A stretch of DNA of 64,000 bases, taken from Octopus vulgaris (Eukaryota). The translations under genes and the position numbers were made by a program. Location: NCBI GenBank assembly GCA_951406725.2, contig OX597838.1, forward strand, positions 12,462,001 to 12,526,000. Reading direction: 5' to 3'. The notes beneath the pieces were generated by a model. It made no database searches. It was not told where the DNA came from and was given only the letters and a program-made list of their open reading frames with translations. The first letter of the stretch is position 1. Each line of letters begins with the position of its first letter. This document shows, piece after piece, positions 57,415 to 64,000 of this stretch.

Positions 57415-57749
57415 ATTTACTGCCTGAAGCTCTCAACTGAATTTAAAATTTCGACACAATGAGCTACAAAAGGCCCGTAATCTCTAGAGCACGGAATCTG
57501 TCGTTGTTCTATTATGGTAGTGGCTGAGTCTTCTTGTTCTAGAGCAACAGTTCTGCAAGTAACTGACTAAGCAGAGCGCATTCTCTGTCTTCTCTTGGCA
57601 CAGGCGACATCTTCAGCTTATAAATGCTTTCTGCAAATAGAGTTTTGCATTAAATATTTCATCTTTGGATACTTACCAGGAATTTGTTTGCTTCATACAC
57701 ACACACACACACATACATAATACATACATACATACACGAGTGTGTATAT

Positions 57750-57873
<124 letters not shown>

Positions 57874-57891
57874 TATATATAAAGATATATA

Positions 57892-57948
<57 letters not shown>

Positions 57949-58299
57949 ATGCTTGTATTATTAGCAGCGTGACTCAAACCTTCATCTCTATAAAGTTTTC
58001 CCATTTGCAAACACTAAAAGTACGTCTGCTTATTCCGGGCGAGATTTTTGAGTTTGTGAAAAATTTTATTCCTTTTAGTAATGCAGATCTAAGTGAAGTG
58101 AAACTGTTAGTAGAAATATCTAACTGGTGGGGTGTGCCGCGCACTCTTACCTTTTGGCTGTATACCTGTCTGAATACACACACACACACACACTCACACA
58201 TGCACACACTTGCAAACACACACGTATGTATATGTATGTATGGAGATGTGTGTGCATAATTGTTTCTTGGAACTGTGGATCTCCAAGCAGATATATATA

Positions 58300-59450
58300 T
58301 ACACTACCGTCAGAAATTAATTAGCACCCTTGATTTGCTCTTCACTCAAGGTATGTGCTGTCACCTAGTGGCCATATCTCGAACTATTGCTTTGTTGCGA
58401 GTTCACTGTTGCGCAGAACGATGACGTAACTTTGTTTGCAGAGCAGTTTGAGAGTCTACAGCCTTATGATGTTGACATAGCAGTGCAACAACAACTTGGA
58501 GTGCGGATGCAGACAAATCTTCCTTTGTTTAATAGATATAGGTAGCGCCTCGCAAGGACCGAAATCACACCATACTAAGTTTTCTCATCGCGTAAGACGT
58601 TTTGAACAGCTCATAGGTTAATTGATTTAACCTATTTAATGTAGAAATTTGAGAAGTGCTAATTAATTTCTGACGCAAGTGTATATACACCCAGAACCAT
58701 GCTAATAACTTAGGAGTGAAATTTAGGATTTCTCGGTTTTCTGTGAATCGATTTTGATAAAACTTTTTCCAGCTGTTTGCACACAATGGCAATACCATTG
58801 TTATGTTTTCATTATTCTGTGTAACATCCTTTCTTTTCTATTTCAGATTCTTCAGTCTTTGGGTGAACCACGCTAATAGCGTCTCTCCTCTCTAAGAACA
58901 ACAGGACGTGGAAAAGGCCATAACGATGAAGAAAAGTCTGTCATCATCAAGGAAAGTGCACCTCGCTTTATATACCTATTTCTTTACTACCCACAAGGGG
59001 CTACACAGAGAGAGGACAAACAAGGACAGACAAACCGATTAAATCGATTACATCGACCCCAGTGCGTAACTGGTACTTTATTTATCGACCCCGAAAGGAT
59101 GAAAGGCAAAGTCGACCTCGGCGGAATTTGAACCCAGAACGTAACGGCAGACGAAATACGGCCACGTATTTCGCCCGGCGTGCAAACGTTTCTGCCAGCT
59201 CAAGAAGTTAGGTCGTCATGTGGACACGGTTAAACGCTTCCTGAAGGGCCCTCCGCCAAGGAAGAAACGATATGATTGTAGGACCTCCAAGACTGTGACA
59301 GCTAGGGATTCAAGGAATATTGGTCGCAAGTTACGTGGGAAACCTGGACAAACAAACAAAGCCATTTTCACTGCCTCCGGACTTCCTCGTGTACCGAAAA
59401 CCACAAGAAACCGCATCCTTGGAACCATTGCTTCCATACGAGAACCCCTG
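58300..59450 (+). mobile_element. Tc1-like transposon 5' half interrupted by SINE B (58972-59201, -)
   Basis: TA-CACTACCGTCAGAAATTAATTAGCACC terminus; KKLGRHVDTVKRFLK..RKKR..TVTARDSRNIGRKLR..VPKTTRNRIL helix-turn-helix region. Confidence 0.8.
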
Positions 59451-59454
59451 GAAT

Positions 59455-59609
59455 TAAGGTCAAACAACTGACAAGTAAATCTGTGGTATTGACCGGAATA
59501 TTTGCTGTAGCTCATCTTTTATACCAAGACAAAACAATGTACATGATAACACTTCCAATCAGTTAAGATCAAAAGCCATGAGAGCCACTGACTGGTACTG
59601 CATCAGGAC

Positions 59610-59611
<2 letters not shown>
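59455..59611 (-). mobile_element. Partial copy of the (AAT)n-associated element at 6609-7243
   Basis: Reverse complement of 6686-6845. Confidence 0.85.
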
Positions 59612-59651
<40 letters not shown>

Positions 59652-59655
<4 letters not shown>

Positions 59656-60142
59656 TGGTTTTATTTTTATAGCGTGCTTTCACTTCACTACCGAGCGCAG
59701 CTCTGTGTGCCTTGGGTATGTGCTGTGATTAGCTGTGAAGCTCTTATGGTTACTGTATTGAAAGTGTTCTGCGTAGGATGTGTGCAGTGTCTAGTAGTGC
59801 AATTTTCTGTATGTTATATGTGTTTGTAAGTCCTGGTGTTTTTGTTATGTATTTGTCTGAATATTTTTTTATCATGCCTAATGCACCTACTATGATAGGA
59901 ATTGTTTCTGTTTTTAGATTCAACATTCTGGTTACCTCTATTTCCAGGTCTTTGTATTTTGAAAGTTTCTCCATTTCTTTTAGAGACACTTTGTCATCTG
60001 CTGGTATTGATACATCAATTAGAAAGCATTTTTTTTTCTTCATGATCTCTGACAACTATATCTGGTCTGTTGGCCTTAATTTCTCTATCTGTGTGTATCG
60101 GCATATCCCAGAGTATGGTTGCTTTCTCGTTTTCAGTGACCT
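59652..60142 (-). mobile_element. Dong/R4-like LINE 3' end in (TAA)n
   Basis: TILWDMPIHTDREIKANRPDIVV..FLIDVSIP..EKLSKYKDL..IPIIVGALG..TAHILRRTL; (TTA)n on both flanks. Confidence 0.92.
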
Positions 60143-60212
60143 TTTATTAATATTATTATTATTATCATTATTATTATTATTATTATTATTATCATTATTA
60201 TTATTATTATTA

Positions 60213-60264
<52 letters not shown>

Positions 60265-60285
60265 CATCATCATCATCATCATCAT

Positions 60286-60459
60286 CGCGAAATGCGTAGC
60301 CGTATTTCGTCTGCCGTTACGTTATGAGTTCAAATTCCGCCGAGGTCGACTTTGCCTTTCATCCTTTCGGGGTCGATAAATTAAATACCAGTCACGCACT
60401 GGGGTCGATATCTGTCCTTGTTTGTCCCCTCTGTGTTTAGCCCCTTGTGGGTAATAAAG

Positions 60460-60463
<4 letters not shown>
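60286..60463 (+). mobile_element. SINE family B, 5'-truncated, in (CAT)n
   Basis: Family core and tail. Confidence 0.88.
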
Positions 60464-60493
<30 letters not shown>

Positions 60494-61026
60494 TAAGACG
60501 GCGATCTAGCAGAACCGTTAGCAGATGCATGCGATATAACACAAGAAAATCCCACATCCACAGATTACAGTCGAAAGTAGAGGGTTTAAACTCTACGCAA
60601 TTTGTTCTCGTCCTTTTGCTTTGTGGGATGTGACCTTTTAGCCTTTCAATCTTAACATCCAACTATTCGAACTCTTGCCAACATCTCTCACAGCTCGGTC
60701 TCAATTATAAATATGATAATAGTGTTAAACATATATATTTACGTCCCGAAGGATTCCACCGTATAATCCACTATACACACACACACACACACGCACACAT
60801 ACGCAAGCATATAGGTTTCACTTTAGGCATGTGTGTGTGTGTGTGATGTCTTTGATCGCCGGTCGCCTCTGTACGCCTTTTAATGTTTGTTCGGTTGTTT
60901 GATAGTTTGCATATGTAACCCCTATTTTCGCTGCTTAACATCAGCCCATTATTGAAATACCAAATTCCATTGTTCCTTTATCTGAAGATCAGATTAAAGA
61001 AATCTGACATAAAGAATCTCACATTC

Positions 61027-61470
61027 TCCTTCTTCTTCTTCTTCTTCTTCTTCTTCTTCTTCTTCTTCTTCTTCTTCTTCTTCTTCTTCGTCTTCTTCTT
61101 CTTCTTCTTCGTCTTCTTCTTCTCTTTCTTCTTCTTCTTCTTCTTCTTCTTCTTCTTCTTCTTCTAATTCTCCTTCTTCTCCTTCATCTTCTTCTTCTCC
61201 TTCATCTTCTTCTTCTTCTTCTTCTGCTTCTGCTTCTTCTTCTTCTCCTTCTCCTCCTCCTTCTTCTTCTTCTTCTCCATTTTCTTCTACTTCTTCTTCT
61301 TCTTCTCCTCCTCCTCCTCCTTCTTCTTCTTCTTCTTCTCCTTCTTCTTCTCCTCCTCCTTCTTCTTCTTCTTCTTCTTCTTCTTCTTCTTCTTCTTCTT
61401 CTTCTTCTTCTTCTTCTTCTTCTTCTTCTTCTCTCCTCCTCCTCCTCCTCCTTCTTCTTCTTCTTCTTCT
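61027..61470. repeat. (TTC/TCC)n array
   Basis: Directly visible. Confidence 0.97.
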
Positions 61471-62012
61471 GTGTGATCTCAAATCTGTTGCAGGAATTTG
61501 AAACGGACACCCACACTCAGCATCCATTCGCACCCAGCCCCTCTTTGTCGTTCTTGTTCAGCCCCGAATCAAAACTGATCGAATAGGTTTATTACCAAAG
61601 ACGTTCCAACCGTAAGCACCCCGACTGTTTCCAACCTACAAGTAACTCATTACCACTATATTAGCCAACGTGCTCTTTTTCTAAGATTCTGGTGTGTGAT
61701 TTAAAGGTTGATTTGGCTGCTTTATCTTGCATGTCGTGCGACCCGTAGAGGATCCCTCGATGGCTCCTTACACCTCTACCCACCTCCAATTCTCTGCCCT
61801 GAGTGATACCTATCAGAGTTAACTCTGCTCAAACCATCCCAGGATCAAGTGAAGCTGTTAAACCACTCGGATTAACACCTTCACTTGGTTTGTGGACGAT
61901 CTCTAGAGAGTTCGTTCTAATAAACGAAGTTGGCCTCGGCGAGAATCATCTGTGATGAAAACGTATATACTAATAGAGAAGTGAGTCCGGAAAGAGCCGA
62001 AGTTCGAGCCAG

Positions 62013-62064
62013 TCCTTATTGAAAAAGCAAACGGAAATTGCCGAAACTGACATCAGTATAAGGA
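62013..62064 (+). ncRNA. Type-I hammerhead motif with U3-A8 covariant core
   Basis: TCCTTA-TTGAAAA-A-GCAA(ACGGAAA)TTGC-C-GAAA-CTG(ACAT)CAG-TA-TAAGGA. Confidence 0.72.
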
Positions 62065-62134
62065 ATTCTTGATCAGCACTTTTCGGATGGTTAAAGTACC
62101 TGTTAGTGTATGTGTACATTTGTGTGCGTTGACT

Positions 62135-62230
<96 letters not shown>

Positions 62231-62331
62231 ATATATATATAGGGAGAGTTTACGAAAAAAACAAAAGACGAAGACAGGTGGTGTACAAAACAAACAGATG
62301 TATTAGTATAGCGCTCAGGAATAGAAAACGT

Positions 62332-62367
62332 CTTTTACGTTTCGAGCCTACGCTCTTCTACAGAAAG
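62332..62367 (-). ncRNA. Minimal hammerhead motif with A6U core, in terminal fragment 62241-62447
   Basis: CTTT-CTGTAGA-A-GAGC(GTAG)GCTC-GAAA-CG-TA-AAAG. Confidence 0.65.
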
Positions 62368-62509
62368 GGAAACAGAAAAAATACAAGGAGAGAAACAAGG
62401 AGAGAAAAAAATGTGTGTAGTGGCTAACGATCTATCATGGCGACTAGTGCCGACACACACACATATATACATATATATATACATATATATATACACACAC
62501 ACATCCACA

Positions 62510-63430
62510 CATACGACAGGCTTCTATCAGTTTCCGTCTACCAAATCCACTTACGAGGCTTTGGTTGGCCCGAGGCTCTGGTAAAAAAACACTTGTCAAA
62601 GGTGTCACACAGTGAGTTTGAACCCGAAACCGTGTGGTTGGGAAGCAAACTTCTTACCGCCCAGCCACGCCTGCACCTCTAAAACCACGCCAAGACGGAT
62701 CCAGCTAATAGCCAAATCAATCGTAAAAGTCGTCCTGTTGCTTTCTTCTAGCAATGAAGAGAAAAGAATATTTTCCCTATCTGGCGGCTATCCGAACCCA
62801 TCGAGTAGATCTCCCCACCACATTCCTTTCTAAAGAATGACAGGCAGCTTTATTTAAATTGACTACTTTTAATAGTCCATCATTGCCGCCTTCATTTGGC
62901 AGGGAAGAGCAGGCGGTCTCCTTTCCTATGGCGAAGAGGTAATCTGGTAAACGAAACCGGGAAGACAGAATATAAACAATTTTTCCTTTCGTCCAAGCCT
63001 CACCAAGATTTTCGAGAAACACTTACTCTTTTACTCTTTTACTTGTTTCAGTCATTTGACTGCGGCCATGCTGGAGCACCGCCTTTAATCGAGCAACTCG
63101 ACCCCGGGACTTATTCTTTTGTAAGCCCAGTACTTATTCTATCGGTCTCTTTTGCCGAACCGCTAAGTAACGGGGGCGTAAACACACGAGCATCGGTTGT
63201 CAAGCAATGCTAGGGGGACAAACACAGACACAAACATACACGTACACACACATATATACATATACATATATACGACGGGCTTCTTTCAGTTTCCGTCTAC
63301 CAAATCCACTCACAAGGCTTTGGTCGGCCCGGAGCTATAGCAGAAGACACTTGGCCAAGGTGCCACGCAGTGGGACTGAACCCGGAACCATGTGGTTGGT
63401 TAGCAAGCTACTTACCACACAGCCACTCCT
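62510..63430. mobile_element. SINE A head (62510-62680, -), decayed Tx1 fragments (62685-63020, +), full SINE A (63020-63430, -)
   Basis: SINE motifs; RRIQLIAKSIVKVV..EEKRIF and PPSFGREEQAV resemble 38215-38340. Confidence 0.75.
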
Positions 63431-63753
63431 TGAGGAGGATTGTGAGTGTGAAGAGGGAAGCAGTGCTTGGATTTTGGTGTACAGGGCAGTCCAAGATCTA
63501 TGTGGCGTTCCCTGATTGAAAACGCTGCATCTTTTCATAATTGGAACTGAAACGGAGAATTTGTATTGCGATTAGAGTTTCGCACCTATGCAATCTTCAC
63601 GTGACAACACGATGGCGCGAAATTCGAGTTGCGAGACAAATTCTGTCTCAGTTTGCAAAATAAGCCAGAATATCTACAGCATGTATTGAGCACTCCGCTC
63701 TTTCATTCGCCCGGCACAAACCAACGTAGTGAATACATACATGCATATATATT

Positions 63754-63908
<155 letters not shown>

Positions 63909-64000
63909 GTGTATGTGTGTGTTTGTGTATGTGTGTACAAGCACAAAGTTATATAACACACACGCACATATATAAATATATATAACACACACACACATAT

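Overview
Eukaryotic, AT-rich, extremely repeat-dense DNA. The SINE families and microsatellite load resemble a coleoid cephalopod, probably Octopus; this is inferred from recognition, not from a database search. I find no credible host gene or exon, and almost all long ORFs are microsatellite read-through. The window is a mosaic of: four tRNA-derived SINE families (about 35 copies); decayed LINEs (RTE, CR1/L2-group, Tx1-like copies in (TC)n, R4/Dong-like RLE copies in (TAA)n or followed by (TACA)n); a Penelope GIY-YIG remnant; Tc1/mariner remnants; non-autonomous Helitrons; and long simple repeats. The most notable signal is about a dozen type-I hammerhead ribozyme (HHR) motifs from several unrelated short element families, mostly next to (TA)n tracts. 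Two look fully canonical (51622-51668 + and 28833-28915 -) and several carry core variants (U3-A8 covariation, U4C, A6U). The same families form fold-back mini-insertions, and one decayed ~335-bp tandem repeat carries an HHR in two of its units (retrozyme-like). A LINE/SINE pair shares a 3' stem-loop with compensatory changes. All structures were folded by eye and element boundaries are approximate.
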